DNA from: Bacilli bacterium
GTDB taxonomy: Bacteria; Bacillota_I; Bacilli_A; RF39; UBA660
DNA: 64,000 nucleotides
Assembly: GCA_017612805.1 (NCBI GenBank)
Contig: JAGAFD010000008.1
Coordinates: 41,413 to 105,412, forward strand
Direction: 5' to 3'
The notes beneath the pieces are model-generated. The model saw only the letters and a list, made by a program, of their open reading frames with translations. It did no database searches and was not told where the DNA came from. Position numbers and translations under genes: made by a program. Positions 48,012-57,575 of this stretch are shown piece by piece (positions within the stretch are counted from its first letter, which is position 1; each line of letters opens with the position of its first letter).

Positions 48012-50176
48012 CTTATATTAAAGGCAGAGTAAGACAACTTATTTATGAGGGCTCGAATGGTTATAAAATTGGTTTATTTAAAGTAAAAGATACTGATGAT
48101 GCTGAGGTTCAAGATTTTTTAAACCGTACAATTACTTTTACCGGAACATTTATGGATTTGAACTTCGATGATTATTATGAGTTTAATGGTCATTATGGAT
48201 ATCATGAACGTTATGGGCATCAATTTATTGTTAGCTCTTATAATCGTATTTTACCTGATTCTAAAGATGCTTTAGTTGAGTTTTTAACTAGTGATTTAAT
48301 TAAAGGCTGTGGGTTAAAAACGGCTTATAAAATCGTTGATAAACTAGGTCTTGATGCTTTAAATAAAATTAAAGAAAACCCCAATGTATTACTTAGTATA
48401 GATGGCTTATCAGAAAAGAAAGCATCAAAGATATATGAAAGTATCCTAGCTTATAGTAGTGTTGATGAAACAGTATTAAAATTACAAGAATATGGTTTTT
48501 CAATTAAAGAAGCTACCACCTTAATTAATAACTATAGTGATAAAATATTAGATATTGTTAAAGAAGATATTTATTCATTAGTAGAAGACGTTACATTTAA
48601 TAAGTTAGATAAAATTTATTTAGATAAACTAAATAATAATCTTGATTTAAGAAGTAAAGCTTGTATTATTGAAGCTTTAAAAAGAATGGAATTTAATAGT
48701 GGTTCGACTTATCAAGAATTTGCTAAATTAAACTTATTTGTTAATGATGAATTTGATTTAAATATGGATGATGTCGCACTCGATAATTATTTGGAAGAAT
48801 TAATTAATGATGGGTTGGTAATTAATGATAATAATCATTATTATTTAGAAAAAACCTTTGAAGATGAAAGATATATTGCTCATGCTTTGCATGATATTTC
48901 TAGTTATCATTTAAAAATTGCTAATTATTCGGATATTAAAGATTTAGAGGATAGTTTAGGCATTAAATATAATGAAGAACAACAAAATGCAATTGTCTCA
49001 TCTCTTAATAATAGTATTACGATTATTAGTGGCGGGCCAGGGGTTGGTAAAACTACAATTGTTGATGCAATTGTTAAATTGTATATTAAAAATTTAGGTT
49101 TAAATAATGAACAAATTTTAAGTGATATTGCGCTTTTAGCGCCAACGGGTAGAGCGGCAAAAAGAATGAGTGAAAAGACGAATTTGCCAGCAACTACCAT
49201 TCATCGCTTTTTAAAATGGAATAAAGAAAATAATGAATTTTCAGTTAACGAATATAATAAGAATTATCATAAATTAGTTATTGTTGATGAAATGAGTATG
49301 ATTGATAATGCACTATTTGCATCACTATTAAAAGGATTAACTAATCATATAACATTAGTTTTAGTAGGGGATTATTTTCAATTACCTTCCGTTGGTGCTG
49401 GTAATGTATTAAGGGATTTAATTCTTTCTAATAAATTTAATTATTGTCCTTTAACAATGATTTATCGTCAAACAAATAATTCTTATATTCCAATTCTTGC
49501 GAGTGAAATAAAAGATCATAATTTAGAATTAGATTTTAAAACCCAAAGAGATGATTATAACTTTATTGAAACCAAGAATTATCAAATTAAGAGTACTTTA
49601 AAAAAAGTTATTGATATTGCTAAAGAAAAAGGTTATAACGAAAATGATATTCAGGTTTTAGCACCACTTTATAAAGGGGAAAATGGGATTGATAATTTAA
49701 ATATCATGTTAAGGGATATTTTTAATCCAGAAGTAAAAAACGAGTTAAAATTTAATGATGTTATTTATAAAGAAGACGATAAAGTATTACAATTAGTAAA
49801 TGATCCGGATAATAACGTTTATAATGGTGATATTGGTTATATTAAACATATTGATTTAGTCAAAAAAGAAGTTACGATTAATTTTTTGGGTAATTACATT
49901 ATTTATAAAAAGGATGAATTAGTTAATATTAAGCATGCTTATGCCATATCTATTCATAAGAGTCAAGGTAGTGAGTTTAACTTTGTTATTATTCCTATTA
50001 GTCATTCTTATAGTCGAATGCTTTATAATAAGTTATTATATACTGCTGTATCGCGTGGTAAAAAAAGCATTATTATGATTGGGGAAGGCGATGCTTTCTT
50101 AAATGCTATTAGCAATGACTATGCTTCTAACCGTAATACCGGCTTAATTAGTTTTTTAGAAGTATATTTTAAATAA
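48008..50176 (+). CDS. recD2: RecD2-type SF1B DNA helicase (YrrC)
   Basis: ATGA overlap with mtaB. Walker A (ISGGPGVGKTT), LAPTGRAAKRM, VIVDEMSMID, GD..QLPSVG.G and AISIHKSQGSEF. Confidence 0.9.
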   Translation: MTYIKGRVRQLIYEGSNGYKIGLFKVKDTDDAEVQDFLNRTITFTGTFMDLNFDDYYEFNGHYGYHERYGHQFIVSSYNRILPDSKDALVEFLTSDLIKGCGLKTAYKIVDKLGLDALNKIKENPNVLLSIDGLSEKKASKIYESILAYSSVDETVLKLQEYGFSIKEATTLINNYSDKILDIVKEDIYSLVEDVTFNKLDKIYLDKLNNNLDLRSKACIIEALKRMEFNSGSTYQEFAKLNLFVNDEFDLNMDDVALDNYLEELINDGLVINDNNHYYLEKTFEDERYIAHALHDISSYHLKIANYSDIKDLEDSLGIKYNEEQQNAIVSSLNNSITIISGGPGVGKTTIVDAIVKLYIKNLGLNNEQILSDIALLAPTGRAAKRMSEKTNLPATTIHRFLKWNKENNEFSVNEYNKNYHKLVIVDEMSMIDNALFASLLKGLTNHITLVLVGDYFQLPSVGAGNVLRDLILSNKFNYCPLTMIYRQTNNSYIPILASEIKDHNLELDFKTQRDDYNFIETKNYQIKSTLKKVIDIAKEKGYNENDIQVLAPLYKGENGIDNLNIMLRDIFNPEVKNELKFNDVIYKEDDKVLQLVNDPDNNVYNGDIGYIKHIDLVKKEVTINFLGNYIIYKKDELVNIKHAYAISIHKSQGSEFNFVIIPISHSYSRMLYNKLLYTAVSRGKKSIIMIGEGDAFLNAISNDYASNRNTGLISFLEVYFK

Positions 50177-50210
50177 AATAGTCAATCCTAGTATTAAGGA
50201 GTGATTATTT

Positions 50211-50360
50211 GTGAAAAACAGCACATATTTTGCATTAGGAACTATTATGGGAGGGTTGATGTCATTAGGATCAGTTTATTTAATGAATAAAGATACCGTT
50301 GATAAAGCCGTTAAGAAAAAAGTTAAAGATGCAAAAAATATGATTGAAAATATGAAATAG
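50211..50360 (+). CDS. Small membrane protein (49 aa, YtxH-like layout), absent from the ORF track
   Basis: AGGAG lies 8 nt before GTG 50211. Sequence: MKNSTYFALGTIMGGLMSLGSVYLMNKDTVDKAVKKKVKDAKNMIENMK. A terminator hairpin (TAGTAC-ata-GTACTA) overlaps the stop. Confidence 0.45.
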   Translation: MKNSTYFALGTIMGGLMSLGSVYLMNKDTVDKAVKKKVKDAKNMIENMK

Positions 50361-50396
50361 TACATAGTACTATTTTATTTTGGCATAATATTAAAT

Positions 50397-51461
50397 ATGA
50401 AAAAGTATATGAATGAAGATATTTTAATATTAATTAAAAAAATATTAAAACTGGTTTATTTGATTTTGATTATATTTAGTGTTTTAGGAATATGTCATAT
50501 TTTTCGCAGTTATGGCATTGATAGTTTATTATGTCAAATATTCAAAATAGTAACTCCTTTTGTTATTGGGTTTATTATTGCGTGGTTATTAAAACCGATT
50601 TTAGATAAATTAAAAGTATTTAAAATACCTAATGTTTTAGGCTGTATTTTAATATATACTTTTTTCTTTTTATTGATTTTTTTGTTAATTAAGTTTATTA
50701 TCCCTAATACTTATCATGAGCTTGGGAATATGAAAGATATTATTGATAATAGCATTAAGGAATTAAATATTATTTTATTAAAAGTATTTAAAAATGAAGC
50801 TTATGTTGCAAAAATCAATAAGTTTTTAATTAGTTTTATGGCCTCATATAAGCCAAATATGATTGAATTTACGACTAGTTGCATAAATGTATTTATTCAG
50901 GGTTTAATGGGATTAGTAATTGGTTTATATACTTTAATTAATTATGATGAAATGAATGCTTTTTTCTTAAGTTTATTTAAGAAAAAATATCAAGATTTTA
51001 TAAGTAACATAATTTCTAAAATATCTCATACTGCTAGGCTATGTGTTCGGGGTTCTTTAATAGTTTCTTTTTTAGTATTTGTTAGTTCTTTTATAGTTTT
51101 TTCTTTTTTACGTATTCCGCATGCTTTTATATACGCCCTATTTTGTGGTATTACGGATATTATTCCTTATTTGGGACCATATATTGGTGGTATTCCGGTA
51201 ACTTTAGTAGCGTTTTCAGTTTCTTCAAAATTAGGTTTTATGACAATTATTGGTTGTATTTTAGTACAAAATTTAGAAAATTATTTTTATGGTCCGATTA
51301 TTCTTTCAAAAGAAGCTAAATTAAATCCGGTATTAATTATCTTTGGTCTCTTGCTATTTGGGAACCTTTTTGGTATAATTGGTTTAATTATTGCAACCCC
51401 GATTATGTCGATATTACGGGTTATAATAATTGAATATCAACTATTTATAAATAATCGATGA
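50397..51461 (+). CDS. AI-2E family transporter (PerM/UPF0118)
   Basis: About 8 TM segments and the family signature around GITDIIPYLGPYIGGIPV. Confidence 0.8.
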   Translation: MKKYMNEDILILIKKILKLVYLILIIFSVLGICHIFRSYGIDSLLCQIFKIVTPFVIGFIIAWLLKPILDKLKVFKIPNVLGCILIYTFFFLLIFLLIKFIIPNTYHELGNMKDIIDNSIKELNIILLKVFKNEAYVAKINKFLISFMASYKPNMIEFTTSCINVFIQGLMGLVIGLYTLINYDEMNAFFLSLFKKKYQDFISNIISKISHTARLCVRGSLIVSFLVFVSSFIVFSFLRIPHAFIYALFCGITDIIPYLGPYIGGIPVTLVAFSVSSKLGFMTIIGCILVQNLENYFYGPIILSKEAKLNPVLIIFGLLLFGNLFGIIGLIIATPIMSILRVIIIEYQLFINNR

Positions 51462-51486
51462 TATCGAATGGTAATTATTAATGTTT

Positions 51487-51640
51487 TAAAGAGAGTTAGT
51501 GGTTGGTGGAAACTAATAAACAGGAATAATTATAGCGCTGTCGATGGAGATTAATCGGATTTATCCGTTATCAATTAATTAAGTTAAAGTAAGGATGGTA
51601 CCGTCTTTTATGACTCCTTTTTAGTATCATTCTTTTTTTA
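51487..51640 (+). promoter_or_regulatory. T-box leader, probably Ala-specific, with terminator
   Basis: AGAGAG (51490-51495) at the Stem I base and a distal GGUUGGUGGAA loop. The candidate specifier is GCG/GCU (51535-51539), followed by UCGAUGGAGA. The T-box core is AAGGAUGGUACCGUC. Terminator: GGAUGGUAC (51593-51601) pairs with GUAUCAUUC (51624-51632), followed by U7. Confidence 0.72.
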
Positions 51641-51655
51641 TTGGAGGGATAAAAC

Positions 51656-52189
51656 ATGAAGGTTTATGTTTTAGTAGGTAAGAGTGGTTCTGGTAAAACA
51701 TCAGTTGCTAAAATAATATCTGAGTATTATGAAGCTAAGAACAAGAAAGCCGTAATTACGGGTTTTAGTGATTATTTAAAGTTATATGCTCATATTATGT
51801 TAGGGTATGATTTTAAAGAAGAAACTAAACCTAGAACATTTTTACAAGAATTTGGTTCTTATATTAGAACGGATTTAAAAATGAATGATATGTTAGCATC
51901 TCGTTTGCTTACGGATATTGATATTTATAAACATTTTTATGATGCGGTGATTATTAATGATGCTAGATTACCAGAAGAAGTAAATTTTATGAAAAATCAT
52001 TTAAATGATCTTAAAGTAATCAAAGTATCAGGAAGAATGAATCAAAAGCTTACTTTAGAGCAATTAGGACATGAAACCGAAACCCGCGTTGATGAAGTTA
52101 ATAATTTTGATTATTTTATTACGAATGATGGCAATTATAGTGGTTTAAGAGCTAGAGTTGTATCAATTTTAGAGGGAGAAGATATTTAA
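51656..52189 (+). CDS. P-loop NTPase resembling phage-type deoxynucleoside monophosphate kinases
   Basis: Walker A (LVGKSGSGKTS), LQEFGSYIR, VIINDARLPEE and HETE blocks in dNMP-kinase order. The stop overlaps the alaS start (TAATG). Confidence 0.5.
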   Translation: MKVYVLVGKSGSGKTSVAKIISEYYEAKNKKAVITGFSDYLKLYAHIMLGYDFKEETKPRTFLQEFGSYIRTDLKMNDMLASRLLTDIDIYKHFYDAVIINDARLPEEVNFMKNHLNDLKVIKVSGRMNQKLTLEQLGHETETRVDEVNNFDYFITNDGNYSGLRARVVSILEGEDI

Positions 52190-53928
52190 TGAATTTGAAA
52201 GATTTATATATTAATTTTTTTATTAGTAAAGGCCATAAACAAATTCCTAGTGCTCCAGTAGTACCAGAAAATGATCCATCAGTATTATTTAATACAGCTG
52301 GAATGCAACCATTAATTCCTTATTTGATGGGCCAACCTCATCCTTATGGAACGAGATTATGTGACTATCAAAAATGTATTCGTACTAATGATTTAGATGT
52401 TATTGGTGATACTTATCATCATACTTTTTTTGAAATGTTAGGTAATTGGTCTTTAGGCGATTACTTTAAAAAAGAAGCAATTACTTGGAGTTATGAATTC
52501 TTAACCGAAGTTTTAAATATTCCAACTGATAGACTTGCTGTTACGGTATTTGGCGGTAACGATCTAATTCCGTTTGATAAGGAAGCACATGATTTATGGG
52601 CAAGTTTAGGAATTAGTGAAGGACATATAGCCCAAACGGTTGAAGATAATTTCTGGATTGCTGGTGATGTTGGACCATGTGGTTCGGATACGGAAATGTT
52701 TTATTTTCGAAGTAATGATCCAATTCCTGAAGTATTTGATCCTGAAGATAATCGTTGGGTAGAAATTTGGAATGATGTTTTCATGCAATTTGAAAAACAT
52801 GCCGATGGATCAATTACAGAATTACCTAAAAAGAATGTTGATACCGGAATGGGTGTTGAAAGAGCCGTTTCGGTTTTAGAAGGTGTTAATGATAATTATT
52901 TATCAAGTATTTGGAAAGATGTTATTGATTTAATTTGCAAAATTAGTGGTAAAGAATATGCGGGTAATGAAGAAAGTATGCGCATTATTGCGGATCATAT
53001 GCGTACCGCTGTATTCATAAGTGCTGATTATAGTGGAATTAAACCAAGTAATGTTGGTCAAGGTTATATTTTAAGAAGATTAATTAGACGTGCTATTAGA
53101 CATGCTAAAAAATTAGGTATTTTAATTAATGGTGATTGGGAACAAAGAATCGCGGAATTGATTATTAGTAAATATGCTACATATTATCAAGAATTAATTG
53201 ATAATAAAAATGTGGTATTAGAAGTACTAAAAAATGAAAAAGAAAAATTTAATCGTACTCTGGAAAAAGGTTTAAGAGAATTTGAAAAAGTATCCGATAA
53301 AGATATTGATGGGGTTACGGCTTTCCATTTATTTGATACTTATGGTTTCCCAATTGAACTTACGATTGAACTTGCTAGTGAACGTGGTTTAAATGTTGAT
53401 GTTGCTGGTTTTAATGCTAAGTTTAAAGAACATCAAGAACTATCAAGAACAGCTTCCCAAGGTCAATTTAAAGGTGGCTTAGGTGGTAATGGGGAAGTTG
53501 AAACTAAATACCATACCGCAACGCATTTATTAAATGCTGCATTAAAACAAGTTGTTGGTCCAGATGTTCATCAAAAAGGCTCTAATATTACTGCTGAAAG
53601 AATGCGTTTTGACTTTAGCTGTGATCATAAATTAAGCGATGAAGAAAAAACACAAGCAGAAAACCTTGTTAATGAATGGATTAATGCTGGTTTAGAAGTT
53701 AAACGTATTGAAATGCCTAAACAAGATGCCATTGCTAGTGGTGCAGAATGTATGTTTATTGAAAAATATCCCGATATTGTATCAGTTTATGTAATTGGTG
53801 ATGGTATTTCTAAAGAATTATGTGGTGGGCCACATGTTGCTAATACTTCGGAATTAGGCCATTTTAAAATTGTTAAAGAAGAAGCTTCTTCTGCAGGTGT
53901 TCGAAGAATTAAAGCCGTTTTAGAATAG
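52189..53928 (+). CDS. alaS: Alanine--tRNA ligase, short form (579 aa) ending after the editing domain
   Basis: F..KGH...PS..VVP..DPS.LF.NAGM, RTNDLD.IG....HHTFFEMLGNWS.GDYFK, the editing-domain motifs HTATHLL and CGGPHV, and an end at ...SAGVRRIKAVLE. Synteny with ireB-ruvX-mltG. Confidence 0.9.
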   Translation: MNLKDLYINFFISKGHKQIPSAPVVPENDPSVLFNTAGMQPLIPYLMGQPHPYGTRLCDYQKCIRTNDLDVIGDTYHHTFFEMLGNWSLGDYFKKEAITWSYEFLTEVLNIPTDRLAVTVFGGNDLIPFDKEAHDLWASLGISEGHIAQTVEDNFWIAGDVGPCGSDTEMFYFRSNDPIPEVFDPEDNRWVEIWNDVFMQFEKHADGSITELPKKNVDTGMGVERAVSVLEGVNDNYLSSIWKDVIDLICKISGKEYAGNEESMRIIADHMRTAVFISADYSGIKPSNVGQGYILRRLIRRAIRHAKKLGILINGDWEQRIAELIISKYATYYQELIDNKNVVLEVLKNEKEKFNRTLEKGLREFEKVSDKDIDGVTAFHLFDTYGFPIELTIELASERGLNVDVAGFNAKFKEHQELSRTASQGQFKGGLGGNGEVETKYHTATHLLNAALKQVVGPDVHQKGSNITAERMRFDFSCDHKLSDEEKTQAENLVNEWINAGLEVKRIEMPKQDAIASGAECMFIEKYPDIVSVYVIGDGISKELCGGPHVANTSELGHFKIVKEEASSAGVRRIKAVLE

Positions 53929-54059
53929 TGTAACATATTTGTAAAATATACATTATATTTACGAAGACTTGATATAAGAAAAATGCTTATTTTAAAGCAT
54001 TTTTTTATATTGAATAAAACTAATTCTTTTGTTAAAATATACATAGTAGGTGATAAGTT

Positions 54060-54302
54060 ATGGATGAAAGAACAAATGTATATGACGTTAAAGAAATTAA
54101 GCGTGAAGATTTAGTTAATACTTTAAAAGAAATCTGCGAAATTTTAAAAGAACGTGGTTATGATCCATTAAGTCAAATAACTGGTTATTTAATTAGTGGT
54201 GATCCAGGTTATATTACTACCTACAAAGATGCTCGTCATAAATTATGTATTATTGATCGTGTTGATATCGTAAGTGTCTTATTAGAAATGGCATTAAAAT
54301 GA
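54060..54302 (+). CDS. ireB: IreB-family regulatory phosphoprotein (UPF0297/YrzL)
   Basis: L.E.GY.P..QI.GYL.SGDP.YI....DAR signature. 80 aa. Confidence 0.85.
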   Translation: MDERTNVYDVKEIKREDLVNTLKEICEILKERGYDPLSQITGYLISGDPGYITTYKDARHKLCIIDRVDIVSVLLEMALK

Positions 54303-54724
54303 GAGCGTTAGGACTAGATTTAGGAACTAAAACATTAGGGGTAGCAATTACTGATCGGACTAATACTTTAGTAAGTCCTTTAAAAACGATTATTTATTCT
54401 AATACTGATGAATTGATTAAAGAAGTCAAACGAATTGTTTTAGAATATGGAATCACGGATTTAGTATTAGGTTTACCGAAGAACATGGATGGTTCACTTG
54501 GTTTTGCTGCTGATCGTTCAATGAAGTTTTATGAAGAATTAAAAAATAATTTTGATTTAAATATTCATTTAATTGATGAAAGATTATCAACCGTTGAAGC
54601 TGAACGTATTTTAATTGATAACGCGGACATGAGTCGTGGTAAAAGAAAAAAAGTGATTGATTCAGTGGCAGCGATGATTATTTTAGAAAATTATATTAAA
54701 AAGGAGAAGAATAAAAATGAGTAA
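54299..54724 (+). CDS. ruvX: YqgF/RuvX putative pre-16S rRNA nuclease
   Basis: LGLDLGTKTLGVAI.D, GLPKNMDGS and DERLST. ATGA overlap with ireB. Confidence 0.9.
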   Translation: MRALGLDLGTKTLGVAITDRTNTLVSPLKTIIYSNTDELIKEVKRIVLEYGITDLVLGLPKNMDGSLGFAADRSMKFYEELKNNFDLNIHLIDERLSTVEAERILIDNADMSRGKRKKVIDSVAAMIILENYIKKEKNKNE

Positions 54725-55025
54725 CAAAGGGAAAATTACATTAGTAAATAAAGAAGGTAAAGAAGTAGAATTTGATGTATTATTTACTTTTGATTCTGAT
54801 GATAGTAAAAAGAGTTATATCGTATATACTGATAATGCTTTAGATGAAGCTGGTAATGTAAAAGTATATGCTTCTACTTATGATAAAAGCCAAGAAAATC
54901 CCGAATTAAAAGAAATTGAAACTCAAGAAGAATGGGATATTATTTCAGATATTTTACATAAACTTGAAACTAAAGTTAAAAATGGTGAAATTACTGTTCC
55001 AGACGATACTGAAGACGGAGAATAG
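54717..55025 (+). CDS. DUF1292 (YrzB-like) protein
   Basis: ...G.E.EF.VL..F......SYIVYTD......G...VYAS.Y pattern plus synteny. Confidence 0.8.
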   Translation: MSNKGKITLVNKEGKEVEFDVLFTFDSDDSKKSYIVYTDNALDEAGNVKVYASTYDKSQENPELKEIETQEEWDIISDILHKLETKVKNGEITVPDDTEDGE

Positions 55026-55027
55026 TT

Positions 55028-56077
55028 ATGAAGAAGAAAATAATAATTGCTAGTGTTTCAGTAGTACTAGTTATTTTAGCAATCATTATTTTTTTTGTTG
55101 GCTTCTATTTTGGAAATTTAAAACCAGTTAATATTAATGATACTAATAAAGTTACTTTTACGGTTGAAGCTGGAACAAGTATTAAACAATTAATTGATAA
55201 TTTAGATCAACAAGATTTAATTAATAATCGTTATGTTGGTTACATTTATGTAAAGATTAATAAAGTAACAAATATTCAAGCTGGCGAATATTCCTTAAGA
55301 AAAAATATGAGCTTAAAAGAAATAATGGATATTATTTGTAATGGTCGTGCTAATATTGATACTGTTACCATTCAATTTATTGAAGGTAAACGCTTAACGA
55401 GATATGTTAGCGATATTACAAAGAAATTTGATTATACGGAACAAGATATTTTAAAAGTATTAGATGATACGGATTTTTTAAATGAATGTATTAACAAATA
55501 TTGGTTTATTAGTGATGATATTAAAAATACTAAGTTGTATTATCCGTTAGAGGGTTACTTATTTGCTGATACTTATACTTTTTATAGTAATGCATCTATT
55601 AAAGATATTATCTTTAAGATGTTAGATACGATGGCTACTAAATTAGAACCTTATCGTACGCAAATCGAAGATTCCGATTTATCAGTTCATGAAATATTAA
55701 CGTTAGCTTCAATTATTGAACTTGAAGGAAATTCTAAAGAAGATCGTGCTACTATTAGCCAAGTATTCCAAAAACGTTTAAAAATTGGTATGACATTAGG
55801 TAGTGATGTTACGACTTATTATGCGGCTAAGAAAGCGTTATCAGAATCTTTAACCCAAGCTGAATTAGACGCATGTAATAATTATAATACGCGTGGTACT
55901 TGTGTAAGTGGCCTTCCTGTTGGACCAATTGCCACACCATCTTTAGAAAGTATCGATGCGGTATTTAATCCAAGTGCAACTGATTATTTATATTTTGTTG
56001 CTGATAGTGCTGGTAAAGTTTATTTTGCATCAGATTCTACTGGACACTTAAATAATGTTCGTGAACATATGAACTAA
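55028..56077 (+). CDS. mltG: Endolytic murein transglycosylase MltG (YceG-like)
   Basis: N-terminal TM, a LysM-like fold and LASIIELEG (catalytic Glu context). YNTR...GLP.GPI..PS..SI.A..NP. Confidence 0.9.
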   Translation: MKKKIIIASVSVVLVILAIIIFFVGFYFGNLKPVNINDTNKVTFTVEAGTSIKQLIDNLDQQDLINNRYVGYIYVKINKVTNIQAGEYSLRKNMSLKEIMDIICNGRANIDTVTIQFIEGKRLTRYVSDITKKFDYTEQDILKVLDDTDFLNECINKYWFISDDIKNTKLYYPLEGYLFADTYTFYSNASIKDIIFKMLDTMATKLEPYRTQIEDSDLSVHEILTLASIIELEGNSKEDRATISQVFQKRLKIGMTLGSDVTTYYAAKKALSESLTQAELDACNNYNTRGTCVSGLPVGPIATPSLESIDAVFNPSATDYLYFVADSAGKVYFASDSTGHLNNVREHMN

Positions 56078-56164
56078 ATTTATTAAAACTTGCAAAATTT
56101 ATGGAAAATGTTATAATTAAAAAGTCCCCAAATTTTATTGGGCATCATATATTAAAATAGAAGG

Positions 56165-56773
56165 TTGTGTATTAAATTGAAAGATTTAATTATGGAAATG
56201 GAAGAATATGCTAAGGATAACAATGTTCCAATAATAGAGAAAAAATCCATTGCCTATATAATGAAATTAATCAAAAAACAAAACATAAAGAATATTTTAG
56301 AGATTGGTAGTGCCATTGGTTATTCAGCAATTTTAATGGCTTCTTGTGATAATGATATTAATGTAACGACAATCGAAAGAGATGAAGTTCGTTACATGGA
56401 ATGTTTAAAAAATGTTAAGAAAGCAAACATGCAAGATCGTATTAATGTTGTTTACCAAGATGCACTAGATATAAATTTAGTTGATGTAAGTTATGATTTA
56501 ATTTTTATTGATGCTGCGAAGGGTCAATATACTAACTTTTTTGAAAAATTTAAATTTTTCTTAAAACCAGGTGGAATTATTATTTCTGATAATCTAAAAT
56601 TCCATGGTTATGTTGGTAATAAAGATGAAATTGAATCTAAGAATCTTCGTCAATTAGTTGGTAAATTAGAAAACTATATCGATTTTCTTAAAAACAATGA
56701 TGAATTTGATACCGAATTTATCGATATTGGTGATGGTTTATCAATTAGTATAAGGAAAGATGACAATGTCTAA
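56165..56773 (+). CDS. trmR: Class I SAM-dependent O-methyltransferase, YrrM/TrmR-like
   Basis: ILEIGSAIGYSAILMA (SAM motif I), FIDAAK and synteny with the yrrN/yrrO homologues. The start is uncertain (TTG 56165, TTG 56177 or ATG 56192). Confidence 0.75.
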   Translation: MCIKLKDLIMEMEEYAKDNNVPIIEKKSIAYIMKLIKKQNIKNILEIGSAIGYSAILMASCDNDINVTTIERDEVRYMECLKNVKKANMQDRINVVYQDALDINLVDVSYDLIFIDAAKGQYTNFFEKFKFFLKPGGIIISDNLKFHGYVGNKDEIESKNLRQLVGKLENYIDFLKNNDEFDTEFIDIGDGLSISIRKDDNV

Positions 56774-57575
56774 TTATCTTGTATTAATAAATAACTTAGA
56801 TAATTTTAATGAAATTAAGGAATTAGGTTACACTAATTTCCTTTTTGCGTTAAAGGAATATAGTATTGGTTATAATGCTATCGAAGTTGAGGAGATTAAT
56901 AAATTATCGGGTAATAAATATTTATTAATTAATCGTATTTTAGATAGTAGAGAAATTCGTTTATTAGAGGATTTATTAGTTAGTTTAACTGATATAAAAG
57001 GTTTAGTGTTTGAAGATCTAGGAATTCTAAAGATTGTTAAAAAACATAATTTACCTTTAGAATTAATATATTTTCATAATCATGCTGGTACTAATTATGA
57101 AACGATTAATTTTTGGTTAAATGAAGGGATGGATAGTGTTTTAATATCTAATGAAATTACTGCATCCGAAATTAATGAAATCACTAGTAAAGCTAACAAG
57201 CCATTAGTGTTAATGGTTTTTGGTCATAATCAAATTATGTATTCAAGAAGGAGTTTATTAACTAATTATGCTAAGTATCATCAAATTGATAAAAAAGATA
57301 AGTTAGCCCTAGAAACTAATAATAATCATTTTATTGTGTTAGAACAAGAATATGGTACGGTTTTTTATACGAAGAATATTTATAATTATTTTAGTTTAAA
57401 AAATGGTCAATATCGTTTTATGTTGGTTAATACCGTTTTATTATCACGTGAAGAAGAATTAAAAGTATTAAAAGATATCAAAAACGAAGATTATACTTTT
57501 AATTATTTAGATACATCAGAAGGTTTTTTAAATACGAAAACGATCTTTAAATTAGGAGGTAAGAGTAATGAATAA
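56760..57575 (+). CDS. Peptidase U32-family protein, YrrN-like
   Basis: The size and position match B. subtilis yrrN, with TIM-barrel-like alternation. Overlaps both neighbouring genes. Confidence 0.6.
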   Translation: MTMSNYLVLINNLDNFNEIKELGYTNFLFALKEYSIGYNAIEVEEINKLSGNKYLLINRILDSREIRLLEDLLVSLTDIKGLVFEDLGILKIVKKHNLPLELIYFHNHAGTNYETINFWLNEGMDSVLISNEITASEINEITSKANKPLVLMVFGHNQIMYSRRSLLTNYAKYHQIDKKDKLALETNNNHFIVLEQEYGTVFYTKNIYNYFSLKNGQYRFMLVNTVLLSREEELKVLKDIKNEDYTFNYLDTSEGFLNTKTIFKLGGKSNE

